This document shows, one piece after another, positions 25,217-39,168 of a stretch of 64,000 nt of DNA. The stretch's first letter is position 1; every line of letters begins with the position of its first letter. The notes below the pieces were generated by a model that saw only the letters and a program-made list of their open reading frames with translations, made no database searches and was not told the origin of the DNA. The stretch lies in the NCBI GenBank assembly GCA_951406725.2, contig OX597819.1, forward strand, positions 93,868,001 through 93,932,000, in the 5' to 3' direction. This DNA comes from Octopus vulgaris. Its lineage: Eukaryota. Position numbers and translations under genes: made by a program.

Positions 25217-26139
25217 TTGGGTAATCCCATAAATAATGCTGTTTTATCAATTACATGAACTAAAAGTTGGAGGGAACGGAATAAACTATCTGCATCAACT
25301 TGCTATAAAAGCAGGTAGTAATTTTACCTTGTACTTATTCTTAGTGCAAGTTTTGAAGATTGCAGTTCGATTTTAACAGTTATTTTTTCAAAGTTATAAT
25401 GAAAGTGATAAAGGAGCATATTCGGTATATTTTATTTTATAAAGTTCAATAAAGACAACAGTACAACAGAAAATGTGAGGAATATAAATATGGGGATTGG
25501 ACAATAAGCATAAGCCAGTGTCAATGGTGATTCCAGAAATTCTGAGCCAAAAATTACAGCCTTGAAGATGAGCCTCATCCTGGAAGATTTGTAGAGCTCA
25601 ACGAGGATGCCCTGCAAACCCTGGTGGAGCAAAATTCCATCATAACTGTTTAGAAACTAGCAAAGAAGCTTGGATTTGGCCATTCAACCATTCATTGACA
25701 TCTGTGCTAGAAGAAAAACAACCATCTTTGGTTTCAAAACAAAAGGTGCTCTTCCATCAGGATAATGCTCAGCCATATACAATGAGGATGACATTCCAAA
25801 GGCTGGAGCAGTTTGAATGGGAAACGATGCTCTTCCCACTATATTCAACAGACATTGGTCCATGTGATTATCATTTATTCAGCAGTCTTCAAAATCATTT
25901 GGACGGAAAATATATGAATTCTGTAGATATGGTCAGAACAGTAATGGAGGAGTGTTTTTCATCACAGACAAGTGAGTTTTGGAAGTGAGGGGGTGGGGCT
26001 TGCAAGTCTACCAGGTAGATGGAAGAACATTGTAGAAAATGAAGGACGGTATATTTTAGATTAAAAAAGAACTTTGTTTATATTAATTTTGAAAAATAAC
26101 AGAAGTATTAAAAAATGCATTATTTATGGGATGACCCAA
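25217..26139 (+). mobile_element. mariner (DD34D-type) transposon relic, internally deleted, with TIRs and TA TSD
   Basis: TA|TTGGGTAATCCCATAAATAATGC ... GCATTATTTATGGGATGACCCAA|TA; transposase remnants FHQDNAQP and YSTDIGPCDYHLF. Confidence 0.9.
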
Positions 26140-26578
26140 TAAAAGCCTACAACCTCTTTATAATTTAGTTTTTAAATGTCTATGGTTGTGTAGATGTAAA
26201 AATTCAGACTTTTAATATCTGAATTTTAACAATGTAATTTGCTGACTTGTATCTATCTATATTCCTATTTCTTTACTACCCACAAGGGGCTAAACATAGA
26301 GGGGACAAACAAGGACAGACATACGAATTAAGTCGATTACATCGACCCCAGTGCGTAACTGGTACTTATTTAATCGACCCTGAAAGGATGAAAGGCAAAG
26401 TCGACCTCGACAGAATTTGAACGCAAAACATAGTGGCAGACAAAATACTAAGCATTTCACCTGATGTGCTAATGATTCTGCCAGCTCGCCGCCTTGTATC
26501 TATCTATATACGTCCTGTATCATATATGATAGGATGATTTTCTATTTTCCCAACAAACAGCAAAGAAGGCAGATAAAC

Positions 26579-26798
26579 CCCTTTAGCATTTAAACCAGCC
26601 ATAACCAGCCAAAATATTCTACCTGTTTTATGTTCAAAACTGGCCAGATCTCACCTCTCATGCCAAACCTACAATATCAATCTAAGAATTAACAGTTACT
26701 TCATCAAAATCTCAAACCTACAAGATAACGCATGATTAATTTAAAACAATGGTAATAAATAAGCATTGTTTTTGACAAATAATCTGAATGTTAAAGGG
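26579..26798. mobile_element. piggyBac-like MITE
   Basis: TIRs CCCTTTAGCATT / AATGTTAAAGGG|TTAA; related inverted copy at about 54207-54605. Confidence 0.6.
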
Positions 26799-27949
26799 TT
26801 AAGATTCATTGTTCTCAGTCATAGACAAATGTTTATATTAACTTATAAAGGTTTTTTTTGTTCTCAGAATCATCCAGTTTTTTGATCTCCTTAACATTAT
26901 TAAATTTGAAATATTTCCAGAATTACCTTCACAAAGACAATAGTTTGTGTCTGATGTTAATCTAATTTGTAATTCTTCTCTGATCACTCTTTATATATGA
27001 CAGTAAACAATATGATTTACTGCATTTTTCACCAATCATAGATTCTGTATGGTAGTGTTTGTCAAAAGAAGCAGGCATGACTTCCTAGAGGAGCAAATAT
27101 TTTGTTAGTATTCTGGATGGGGGTCTGGTATTTGTCAGTTTGAGAATCAATGCTCACTAGAATAAATCCATTTTAAACAGCAGACTAGATAATATCCTAA
27201 ACACTGAACTTTATTCCAGAATAAACAATACAGCCATAGGCTTTTGTTGTTTAGCCTCGGGTCAGCTTTGATTAAGTAAACATGATCAAGGATATTTTAG
27301 CCATAACCATAACCATATCTGTCTGTTCAAGGATATCTCAAACTATATTGTCTCTAGGATTACTTGTATCTAGGACTACATGTGTCTTTCTTTTTCAAGA
27401 TATTAGGTGTGTGTGTGTGAATGTGTGATTTTGAGGAAGATTAAGCCACTATTTATATCAAGTAGAACTACTACATAGATGATCCTTTTTTGGCTAGCTA
27501 TAATTATAGGCTATAAGCCAAGTTGTATGCATAGTTAACCTACAAAGGTGATATTTTCCAAATTGCTGTCTTTAAACTGTTCTAAAAGAAGGGAGATACT
27601 TTGTTCTTAGAATTTTCCTTCACATGAATCTCCTTTTATGATATACTAAAGCATATATTATTTGGATTCTTTGTTTGAAAATTTTTTGGAGTCTAAAAGT
27701 CTAAAATCTTATGCCTTTCTTTTCTCTTCTTTGTAAGTGTGTGTGTGGCTTGCGTATGCAAATTAATAAATCTTGTCAAAAATAAAAATTTTCAATAGCT
27801 ACTAAAGCAGTTCTAGCTGTTCAGTTAACCAGTTATCTGTATCGAATTTCATGATGAAATGAAATTTTATTGTTTAACTAGAATTGCCTGAGCAGACATT
27901 TTGCAATGTTCCATATTATGTGTGTGAACTCATCTTTATATTAGACTAT

Positions 27950-27999
<50 letters not shown>

Positions 28000-28193
28000 C
28001 ATGTGTATTCATTTGATTGTGTGTGTGTATGTGTATGTTAATGTGTCTATGAGTATACATATGTATGTATATGATGAATGCATGTGCCCTATAAATATTC
28101 AGAAGTTTAGCACATAAATATTCATCCATCAGCTTCTTATAAATATTCATTGCAGGTCCTTATGTCTCTCATTCTCTCTTTCTTCTGTTGCAG

Positions 28194-28286
28194 GTTATAA
28201 GTCTAGAGAGCTGGGTAAACATTATGTACTATGTACAGGATGCACACTCATTTTGGGACTGGGTCTATTTTGTAGCACTAATAGTG
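28194..28286 (+). CDS. Cav3: T-type Ca2+ channel exon: domain I selectivity filter and IS6 (93 nt)
   Basis: VISLESWVNIMYYVQDAHSFWDWVYFVALIV; TTGCAG| acceptor and GTG|GTAAGT donor, phase 0-0, in frame with both neighbouring exons. Confidence 0.97.
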
Positions 28287-29336
28287 GTAAGTATCAAATT
28301 ACAATCAATAGTCCATCCTATATCATTTTCATGTCAAACACACAAAAAAAAAATGCAAATTTGTGTCCATTAATATAAGAATATTCTTTGAAAACAATGC
28401 CTTCACATATGTCTGATGCAGAAAATACACATCACTGGGGCATCAATTTAATAAATAAATATTGTTGTGTATATTGATATAAGAGTAAGGTAATTGATAT
28501 AGTGTTTACATTTACCACTTTAAAGAAACAGTAAACTAGGCTCAACAGGGCTGTGTGGTTAACAAGTTCATTTTGCTTCTACTTGGTTCTGAGTTCAAGC
28601 TCATTGTATGTCACCATGGGCAATTCCCTTCAGTCATAATCTTGGAATTTGCTTGATGAAAACTTACAGATGCAAATCATATACATGTGTGTGTGTATGA
28701 AAAAGAGTAAAGATACCCTTCAATCATGAATGCTCCTAGAAAGTTTCCCTCTGAGCCACAAGTCTGGGCAAGGTTGTTTATGGAAGACAAGCAGTTACCC
28801 ATGCATACAGCCTCCCTTCTCCATGCCACCCATGTTATCCAAGGGAACGGCAAAGGCCAATACAGCTTGGTACCAGTGATATTGCAGCTCATTTCAACAG
28901 ATGAGTGAACTGGAGCAATGTGGAATAAAATGTCTAGCTCAAGAAAACAACACACAGCCTGGTACATGAATCAAACTCACTACCTCATGATTGCGAGCAT
29001 GCAATTCTAACCACTGAGCCATGCGTCTTCACATGTATATATATATTCATTTACTTGTTTCATCATTTGACTGCGGCCATGCTGGAGTATCGCCTTTAGA
29101 CAAACAAATCAGGTGATGGTGGGGAGACAAGCACAGACATACACACAAATATATACATATATATACAACAGGCTTCTTTCAGTTTCTGTCTACCAAATCC
29201 ACTCACAAAGATTTGGTCGGCCCGAGGCTATAGTAGAAGACAATTGCCCAAGGTGCCACACAGTGGGACTGAACCCTGAACCATGTGGTTGGGAAGCAAG
29301 CTTGTTACCACACAGCCATGCTGCACCAATTATATA

Positions 29337-29399
<63 letters not shown>

Positions 29400-29454
29400 T
29401 ATTTTAATATACATATATGTGTGTGTGTGTGTGTATATATTATAGATATTTATG

Positions 29455-29775
29455 TGAAGGTGCATGACTTAGTGGTTAGGGCATTTGACTCATGATTGTA
29501 AGGTCGTGAGTTCAATTCCTGGCAACACATTGTGTCCGTGAGCAAGTCACTTTATTTCATGTTGCTCCAGACCACTCAGCTTGCAAAAATGAGTAGTACC
29601 TGTATTTCAAAGGGTCAGCCTTGTCACACTCTGTCACGTGGAATCTCCCTGAGAACTATGTTAAGGGTACACGTGTCTGTGGAGAGTTCAGCCACTTGCA
29701 CGTTAATTTCACAAGCAAGCTGTTCTGTTGATCGTATCAGCTAGGAACCCTCGTCATCGTAATCAATAGTGTGTT
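29455..29775 (+). mobile_element. tRNA-derived SINE, family E (head GAAGGTGCATGACTTAGTGGTTAGG...GAGTTCAATTCC)
   Basis: A/B-box head; related heads at about 28700-29030(-), 46435-46680(+), 62030-62325(-), 4425-4547(-). Confidence 0.7.
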
Positions 29776-30961
29776 CCTTATATATATATTTTTATGTGTG
29801 TGTATATATATAAATATACACACACATATAAAAGATGCATGGTCAGGACTAAAGCAGTACCTCCAGTAGCACATGTCCTCAGAAAGCCTAGAGATTGGTG
29901 TCTGGCATACTGAAAGATCACTAGAAGTGAGAATGTCTCTAGGGGAAGGTCACCCTGATATAAAAACAAATATACAGGAAAAGACATTGAATACTTTGGA
30001 GATCTTTCACCTGGACTTGAGATCATGATGTTCCCACATTTCTATGCCTAAAATTCATATTTCTTAAAAATCTGTGTAAATTTCCCATTTAAAAATGCAA
30101 TTTACTTTAGCATTATGGATTTAATATAAACGATTTCAACTGCTGAAGGATTTCCAAACATTTGATTTCTTTCTTAATGCTTTGTCAGATCCAAACGAAA
30201 TGGATAGAAAACATATATATAACTTTGCATTGCAGGGATTCAAGAAGAGTAAATCCTGTTTGAAAATGCCTTTCAGTTTATATAATTTCAATATACATAT
30301 TGGTCCCATTTTAAAATAAAATTTTCCAGCAGATTCTGGTTCATATTCACTCTCATACAGAAATGAGCAAGTATGTTAGTGCAGCATCAACTGAATAGGC
30401 ATATGGCCATCAGTGTAACATAATAGATCGTTTTAATAAAACATTTGGGATGTAGCAATTAATGGTATGTTAAAGAGTGGGGAGAACATAGAGATTTTAT
30501 ACCTTGGTCAAAAGACTATAAATTTTTATAGATTTCATTATATTATTGTATTCTGTATTTTATTGGGATATACATTTAAGACTCAGGTCTATTAAATTAT
30601 GTAAAGAGAAGACACAAAACACACCGTTTCTTTGTAGTTTGCTTAGTACAGAATATAGCTAATTTTGAATACGTCTTCATTCTTCATTACAATCATATTC
30701 TATTCTTGTACTGGCATCTTACCCGGAATGATAAAAGGAACATCATTAACCTTCATTAATTTTCAGTGTATGCAGCTGAGCAGGTGGGAGTTTATATAGG
30801 AATAAACAAACATGCAATTGTTTAGAGTATGGATGGTTATCAGTAATATTTCAAAGGAAGAAAGGAAGAGAAAGGGAGGATAATGCATGTATAATTGATC
30901 ATTTATGGATTTAGGGAAAATGATCAGTATTGATGTGTATATATAACTGAAATATACATAT

Positions 30962-31007
<46 letters not shown>

Positions 31008-32893
31008 TATATATATATATATATACTATATATATTGACTGTAAATCAAACTCTAGCAATAAGCATTGGCAGAATGACTACCAGCAGCCTCGTGACTATG
31101 GTTACCACAAGTAGGCTGCAGTATTATTTCCCAGCTTCCTAGATATATGGATTCACTATGCACAGATAAGTAGAAAACTCACTAAGAAAATATGGGCGAT
31201 AATTATCTAATTCTATTATTTCTTTCGAATACTAACCTAAAAGGTAGTTTTTTTAACCAATTGGAAAGCATCATTTTGGAAAGAATTTAAGAAACAATAT
31301 TGTTAGGATTCAATACCAGTCAGTAAAAGTTTGAGGGGAAAAATACCCAACTCCTGTTGTAGTCAAACTTGGTAAAGAGGAAGGATACTAACATACTTGA
31401 TGCAGTAAATCAAGTAATGTTAATTAAGAATAATAGTTTTCTAAACAATGAAAAGTATATAAGACTTTTGTGAATGAACAGAGAGTGGTGTTCATAAAGA
31501 GTGACTAGGAAGGGATATTGATAATAAAGTGAATGCTAGCATACTTGATGTCACAAGCCAAAACTTGGAATAATGATTACACACTTAGTAACAAGAATAG
31601 CCGTTGTTTAAGTAAAGAAACTCACTTTGCAACCCTGCAGTTTAAGGGACAGTTCCACTGTGCAACATCTTGGGAAAAAAGTGTCTTTTATTAAAGCCCT
31701 CTGCTGACCAATGCCTTGTCAGTGAATTTGGTAGCCACACACACGCACACACACAAACACATACATACATATTATATATACACATACACACATGTATATG
31801 TTGTATCTGTGAGTATGTGTATATATATATAAATATATACATACATATATATTCACACATACATACGTGTGTGTTTGTCTTTCTGTTAGTTCTATTATAG
31901 CATTTGACAATTGATGTTAGTTTCTTTACATCCATCATAACTTAGTGGTTCAGCAAAAGTGACTGATAGAGTAAATACCAGACTAGAGAAGAAAATAATT
32001 TATGAGGTTGATTTGTTCAGTGAGGTTGATTTCTTCAAGGTGGTGCCCCAGCATGGCCGCAGTCCAATGACTGAAACAAGTACAAAAGAAAGAGGTAAAA
32101 GAGAGATATTTATTTTTTAAAAATTGAAAATTTAGTGTGTTTCCTAAAGGATGAAGATCACATTCCTCATAAACCAATTTTAGTTCACAGGAAGTTTTTC
32201 CATACCAAACTTACAGATTTTATGCTGGAAAACGAAAATAAAATAGACTATAACTAGATCTATATGTTGTTGTGCCACAAGCAAAACATTTTGGTAAAAT
32301 ATGTAAAAATGCTAAGACTCTGTTTTTTTTTATTTATTATTTTCTTCACAAATTTTCATATCAAAATCAGGGTATGTTCTCAAGGTGGGATTATATTAAG
32401 TGCTGGGAAATATGGTAAATATAGAATAGCAGTACAGTAACAACTCTTGACAAGTTTTGGTCATATTGGACCACATTAGCAAAGCATTGTCTGACTGTTT
32501 CTGTGAATCTTAAAATGACTGACAAAATAAATAGAATTTTGAAAAATGAATACAAAATGTTGTTTATAAATTAAAGATTGTAATTTCAAATATTTAGAAT
32601 TCCTTCACTGATATGTTTATGCTAGTGCCTACTTCACTATTATGTTGTCATGCAAAAGACATCCCCACCTATTTTAAGTCATTGTTTATACTCTTTTACT
32701 TGTTTCAGTCATTTGACTGTGGCCATGCTGGAGCACCGCCTTCAGTCAAGCAAATAGAGCCCAGGACTTATTCTTTGTAAGCCTAGTACTTATTCTATCG
32801 GTCTCTTTTGCCAAACTGCTAAGTTATGGGGACGTAAACCCACCAGCATCGGTTGTCAAGTGGTATTAAGGCAACAAACACAGATACACAGAC

Positions 32894-32928
<35 letters not shown>

Positions 32929-34089
32929 CATACATATATATGATGGGCTTCTTTCAGTTTCTGTCTACCAAATCCACTCACAAGGCTTTGGTCGGCCCGA
33001 GGCTATAGTAGAAGTCACTTGCCCAAGGTGCCATGTGGTTCGTAAGCAAGATACTTACCACACAGTCACTCCTACGCCTATATATAACCATTGTTTATGA
33101 TTATATATATTGTGATTATATACTTTTCCAGTCATTCAAAGATCTATTGTAATGGTTCAGCTATGCTTGCTGAGGAGGTGTAGTGAAACTGAAAGATATT
33201 TGAGGTTTTCTTATACTGTTATTTAAAGATCAAGCTCACTCAGCACTCCATTTCCTTACTTAATTAATTTTAATAAAAATTTCATTTTAGTTTCTTGTGC
33301 CATTTTTTACCAGAATTAGTAATTTAGAAAATGATTATTTTCAACAGTAACATTGTAACTTGAATTATTTCTTGGTTTATTACATCAACAATGCTAAGAC
33401 TACTTCACTATTAATAAAGGTTTTGATTTAGAACAAAATATCTTTGTCGCTAATATAATGACTTCCAAATAAATTGCTTTGTAGCACAATATTTTTTATG
33501 GCATCAAATAGTAGATTAAGTGTTGAGTACATACAATAATAGAATTTTACCAAGTATTTCTTTAGTTTTGACATCAGCCTGAATTGTTGCTTTTCTATTT
33601 TATAACTTGTATATCTTATCATAGATGGTTAAAAGTTATAGAAAAGAAAGACTGGGTTAATTGAAATCATGAATGAATTCATTTGAAGATGCAGATTTAC
33701 ATTCATACGCTATTTTACAAGAAAGAAGAAAAATACTGGATGCAGAATAGGGACCATTTGCTGCTTAAAAGAAAAGAATTTCAGTTATTAGGGAGCTTCC
33801 TGTCATGGCTAAATTTTCAGTGTCCCAGTTTTATTGTATCATACCTCTTCATCATTTCTGCAAATCTTAAACAGAACAACTGAGACAATAATATGCATCA
33901 TAGGTGATGAGCAGAGGGTCATTCTTCAATACATAGATCAACTCAATAATATAAAACATGTAGACCTACTGTGATTGGTCACCCATTATTATAATTTTAT
34001 TATCTAAAGGCAGCATTCTTCTCCTCAGCTATAAAGTAAAAGTTTACATATAGATTGGTTGATATATATATATAGATAGATAGACATAC

Positions 34090-34156
<67 letters not shown>

Positions 34157-35192
34157 TACATACTTATATATATCAATTTAAGTGACATCTTGGAAGACAT
34201 TTTCAATGACAACATAATGAACCTAACCCTTTTCCCAAATTGCCTCTTTTTTTCTGTTTTCGGAAATAAAATCTCTATTTCTCACCCTTCCTCCCTCTCC
34301 CTCTCTCTCTCTTTCTCACTCCCTTTCTCTCTACATATCGTTGAGATATAATTGAGCTGTGAGATCTATTTCTTTTTTTATACTGCAATTTTATTCTTGT
34401 TATTTTTTTTTTTAATTTGTAAAGGACAAAAAAAAAACAAGTAGTCAATGCAAAAGAATAGTTAAAGTACTGCATTACTGCAACAAAGGTTATGCGATTT
34501 TATCTTGACACTAGCATCGCATTGTGCCTTTATTCAAATTGTATCAAATCTTCTTGCATTGTGTTTGAATAGTTAACATTATGATGTGGATCCAATTATG
34601 GAACACTTACTTCATACCATTGACAAAAAAAATTTCAAATTTATAGTATTCTCCATCCCAAGCTTGTGTAGAAAGAATATAGAATGTATAAAGTTGAGAA
34701 AAAACAAAATCTAATAAATTATCCCAAAAATATGAACCAAAGGGAATAATAAAAAAAACATGATCAAGAAATAATAAAAAAAAATATGATCAAGTTTTCA
34801 AAAAGAAACTGCAAAATATTAAGAATATATACGTTTAGAAAGGAAATGGGTTTTATAGGAAAGAAGGTATGTATTTCAAAAAAGATACTCATTAGAGATA
34901 TGTTTCAAAGACTTCTTTAAACACTATACTAATTTCAGGTAGATTTTTTTACTAAAAGCAAAGAAATCAAATTCTAGATGATCTTTCTTACCTTCTATCT
35001 CTCATCCTTTTTTCTTTACTTCTTTCTTCTTTTTTTTTTTACATTAATTCCTCTATTTTCTTTCTTTATTACTATCTTTCTGCTCTCTTTATTTATAACC
35101 CTCTTTCTTAGTAACCATGGTATGTTCCTAAGGACAAACGGATGAGGATTTTTTCTCCAAATTTCTTGTGTGTACATACATACATACATACA

Positions 35193-35239
<47 letters not shown>

Positions 35240-35358
35240 GTATACGGCCATATCACGTTGAAAACACCAGTTCTCGTCCAATCACCGAAGTTAAGCAACA
35301 TCAAGCCTAGTTAGTACTTAGATGGGTGGCCGCTTGGGAAACCTAGGTGCTGTAAGCA
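35240..35358 (+). pseudogene. 5S rRNA: 5S rRNA copy (dispersed; pseudogene or SINE3 head)
   Basis: TACGGCCATATCACGTTGAAAACACCAGTTCTCGTCCAATCACCGAAGTTAAGCAAC...TTAGTACTTAGATGGGTGGCCGCTTGGGAAACCTAGGTGCTGTAAGC; followed by an A-rich tract rather than an oligo-T terminator. Confidence 0.9.
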
Positions 35359-35415
35359 AAAAGAGAAAAACGGCGGTGCATTAGCATGGCTGCAGCTCTG
35401 AGCTGAAACTAGAGA

Positions 35416-35446
<31 letters not shown>

Positions 35447-36009
35447 TATGATATATATGTATGTATGTATATATGTATGTATATATAGATATTCTTTAAT
35501 TCTTTTCCTTGTTTCAGTCATTTGACTGTGGCCTTGCTGGATCACTGCCTTTAGTTGAACAAATCAATCCCCAGGATTGTAAGCCTAGTACTTATTCTAT
35601 CAGTCTCTTTTGCTGAACTGCTAAGTTATGGGGATGTAAACACACCAGCACCAGTTGTCAAACGATGGTGTGGGGGACAAACACAAACACAAATATATAC
35701 AAATGTATATATATATATTTATTTCTTTACTACCCACAAGGGGCTAAACACAGAGGGGACAAACAAGAACAGACAAAGGGATTAAGTCGATTACATTGAC
35801 CCCAGTGCGTAACTGGTACTTAATTTATCGACCCCGAAAGGATGAAAGGCAAAGTCGACCTGGGCAGAATTTGAACTCGGAACATAACGACAGACGAAAT
35901 ACGGCTACGCATTTTGCCCGGCATGCTAACGTTTCTGCCAGCTCACTGCCTTTATATATATATACATATACATATATATACATATACATATGTATATACA
36001 TATATATAC

Positions 36010-36047
<38 letters not shown>

Positions 36048-36315
36048 CAGACTTCTTTCAGTTTCCATCTACCAAATCTACTTACAAGGCTTTGGTCAGC
36101 CCAAGGCTATAGTAGAAGACACTTGCCCAAGGTGCCACGCTCAAGATGCCACGCCCAAGGTGCCACGTCCAGGGTGTCACACAGTGGTGCTGAACCTGGA
36201 ACCATGTGGTTGGGAAGCAAACTTCTTACCACACAGCCACAGCTTCATACAACTAGCTTCATACAACACAACCACACCTATGTCTAGCTTCTTACCATAC
36301 ACCCATGCCTGCCCC

Positions 36316-36371
<56 letters not shown>

Positions 36372-36372
<1 letters not shown>

Positions 36373-37250
36373 AGGGTGCAGTGAAAAAACTGTCATCTAA
36401 ATTATGCAAAAATGAAAATGACACTGACATCTCATTTAAACAGATATATTTACTAAAATTACATAAAAATATCTTGAAATGAGTAAATTTATTCAATAAA
36501 ATCACCATTGACTTCAACCATGGCTTCCAGACGACTTTGGAATCTCCTGCAACTCTTCTGGATATTCTCCTTGTTTAAGTTGGTGAATGCTACCATAATC
36601 CTTGCCTTCAGTTCATCTTTGGTGTTACAAGGAGTTTTGTTGGTTTCTCACTCAACTGTTCCCCACACATAATAATCAAGTGAGTTGCAGTCTGAGGAGC
36701 TAGGTGGCCATATGTTAGGGGTGATGTAGTCACAGAAATTGTCTGACAGCTATCACTGAGTTCTCCTGAATGTGAGGCATGGTGCAGAGTCCTGTTGCCA
36801 GACATAGGGTCTTCCAGCAGCCACCCTCTTGACCCAGGGCAGCACTACCTACTCCAGGCACTTGGTGTAGACCTCTCTGTTGAGTCTGAGGCTTTGTGAA
36901 AAGATGAATGGAGGCATAATGTCAACATCACTAGTGATCACTCCAAATACTATGATGTTGACTGGATGTTTGATTTTTATAACCCTTGGTACATGTCCTC
37001 AGATTGCATTTCCTCAGATTGACTCCCAAATACTCTGAAATATTTGTATTGGAGCTTCTAGCATGAACGCCAAGCAGTACAGCAAGTTGTTTCCAAATTT
37101 CTAGCAAAGTGAATTGTGTCATGGTGCTTTTTTCTCGCAGAGAGTGCCCAAATGACCCTACCATACTGTGTAGTCAAGAAAATCAAAAGCAAACACTGCA
37201 CATGTGCAAAATTAAAAATATAAAATGGTGACAATTTACCCATCGTACCC

Positions 37251-37252
<2 letters not shown>
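36372..37252 (-). mobile_element. Tc1/mariner superfamily relic (maT/DD37D-like)
   Basis: TA|CAGGGTGCAGTG ... CATCGTACCCTG|TA; minus-strand remnants QQDSAP and WPPSSSDCNSLDYYVWGTVE. Confidence 0.8.
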
Positions 37253-37286
<34 letters not shown>

Positions 37287-37288
<2 letters not shown>

Positions 37289-37715
37289 TATTAATATATC
37301 TCTTATTATAAAAGGCAGATTTTATCTGCCTCCCTTTGGGAGTTATACAAATCTACAATATAGGATTTCTTCAATTACAATTTACCTAGCAGTTTTAAGA
37401 GTACAATGCATCGCGTCATGCCAGGTCCAGTTTTTAAAATTTAAACTCCAATTAAGCAAAATTTACAGAAAACTCACATTCTAGTGTGTGTGTCAAATGC
37501 TTTTCTTAGTCTGGTTTACACCACACGCAAACGCACACACACAGTGGGCAACGAATAAAATGAAAGTAAATAGCGACATAGTGATTTGAGGAAGACTAAA
37601 GTGAAAGTATTCTGTCTATGACGCTGATAGATACATGAGTAAAATGTATGGGAAGCTAAGAGCTAAGAGTGAGTGAAAATGTTCTTGGAAGAGAGTAATT
37701 AGTAATAAAGTAAAC
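37287..37715 (+). mobile_element. probable Helitron-like 5' fragment
   Basis: starts TC(T)..ATTATAAAAGGCAG within a microsatellite; no 3' CTRR or hairpin seen. Confidence 0.35.
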
Positions 37716-37749
37716 ATACACTCATACATACATACATACATACATACAT

Positions 37750-37782
<33 letters not shown>

Positions 37783-38099
37783 TACACACACACATACATA
37801 CACACACACATACATACATACACACATACATACATACATACATATACATACATACATACATATACATACATACATACATACACACACACACATACACACA
37901 CACACAGTATTGAAGCTTGAGAACAATCAGATACATTTGCAACACATCTGTTGAAAATATTATTGTTCACACACATACATATACATATATACATACAGAC
38001 AGACAGACAGATAGACACACACACACACACACACATGATCCAGCATGGCCACAACCTCAAGGCTGAAACATATAAAAGAATAACAGAATATAAATGTAT

Positions 38100-38452
38100 G
38101 CAAAGTACAAGAAATATTAATGCAGTATATGGGGATTGGACAATAAGCGTAAGGCAGTGTCAATGGTGGTTCCAGAAATCCCGAGCCATAAACTACAGCC
38201 TAGAAGACGAGCCTCATCCTGAAAGATCTGTAGAACTCGACAAGGACATCCTGAAAACCCTGGTGGAACAAAATATCATCGTAACTGTTGAGGAACTAGC
38301 AGAGAAGCTTGGATTTGGTCATTCAACCATTCATTGACACCTGTGTGCTATCGGAAAAGTCAGCAAATTGGGTCAATGGGTTCCTCACGAACTTTCCGAG
38401 TCTAATTGCATGCAGAGAGTGAATGTATGCTTTTCTTTGCTGTCATATCTCA
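38100..38452 (+). mobile_element. mariner fragment (N-terminal HTH region), same family as 25217-26139
   Basis: NINAVYGDWTISVRQCQWWFQKSR...LEDEPHPERSVELDKDILKTLVEQN...VEELAEKLGFGHSTIH. Confidence 0.85.
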
Positions 38453-38472
38453 CCACTACTGCGCTATGTATA

Positions 38473-39108
38473 TCTATATATATAGAACTGTAGTTGTGTG
38501 AGTGTCTGTCCCCTTCGATTTAGATTCCTAACTACTCCCACATTTTGCGGTACAGTTTAACCAAATTCGGGTAGCTTATAGTCGTGATTCATATCGAGCC
38601 CGTCTGAATATTAGCGCGCGTCTACGATGAGTCTACGATTTTAAAAATAATTTAACATCATTTTTTATTCCATTTTAATGCATAATTTTTCGTGTGTCGA
38701 TGGCGGCGGAGTTGGCGTCCACGCTCACACCTGCACCTGTGGGGAAGGGAGTGTAAGGAAATCAACGTCGTAATGCGTTGTCAAGGAGACCAGTGTTCTT
38801 TTAGAACAACGACTTCATGGCTTGAAGACACCAAAACAGAAATGGCTAAGAAAGCGTCTACATGAGTCTACGATTGAAAAAAAAATTTACCATCGTTTTT
38901 TTTCCATTTTAATGCATTTTTTCGCTATTATATAAGGGAAGTAACTCTCTAAAAATGTCTACGATGAGTCAACGATTTTTAAAAAAATTTACCATCATAT
39001 TTCTTCCATTTTTAATGCATTTTTTGCTATTTTTTGGCTATAACTCTCTAAAAATGCTTATATAGTTATTTCCCTTACAAACCCGAGCAACGCCGGGCGA
39101 TACTGCTA

Positions 39109-39109
<1 letters not shown>
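38473..39109 (+). mobile_element. non-autonomous Helitron
   Basis: A|TC 5' end, subterminal hairpin CCCGAGCAACGCCGGG, CTAG|T 3' end, no TSD; internal GTCTACGATGAGTCTACGATT subrepeats x3; CpG-rich relative to its surroundings. Confidence 0.85.

Positions 39110-39168
<59 letters not shown>

Noticed and set aside
35240-35358. Functional 5S rRNA gene
   Set aside because: Solitary, 5' end merged with a microsatellite, substitutions relative to the second copy, and no oligo-T terminator; treated as a pseudogene or SINE head.
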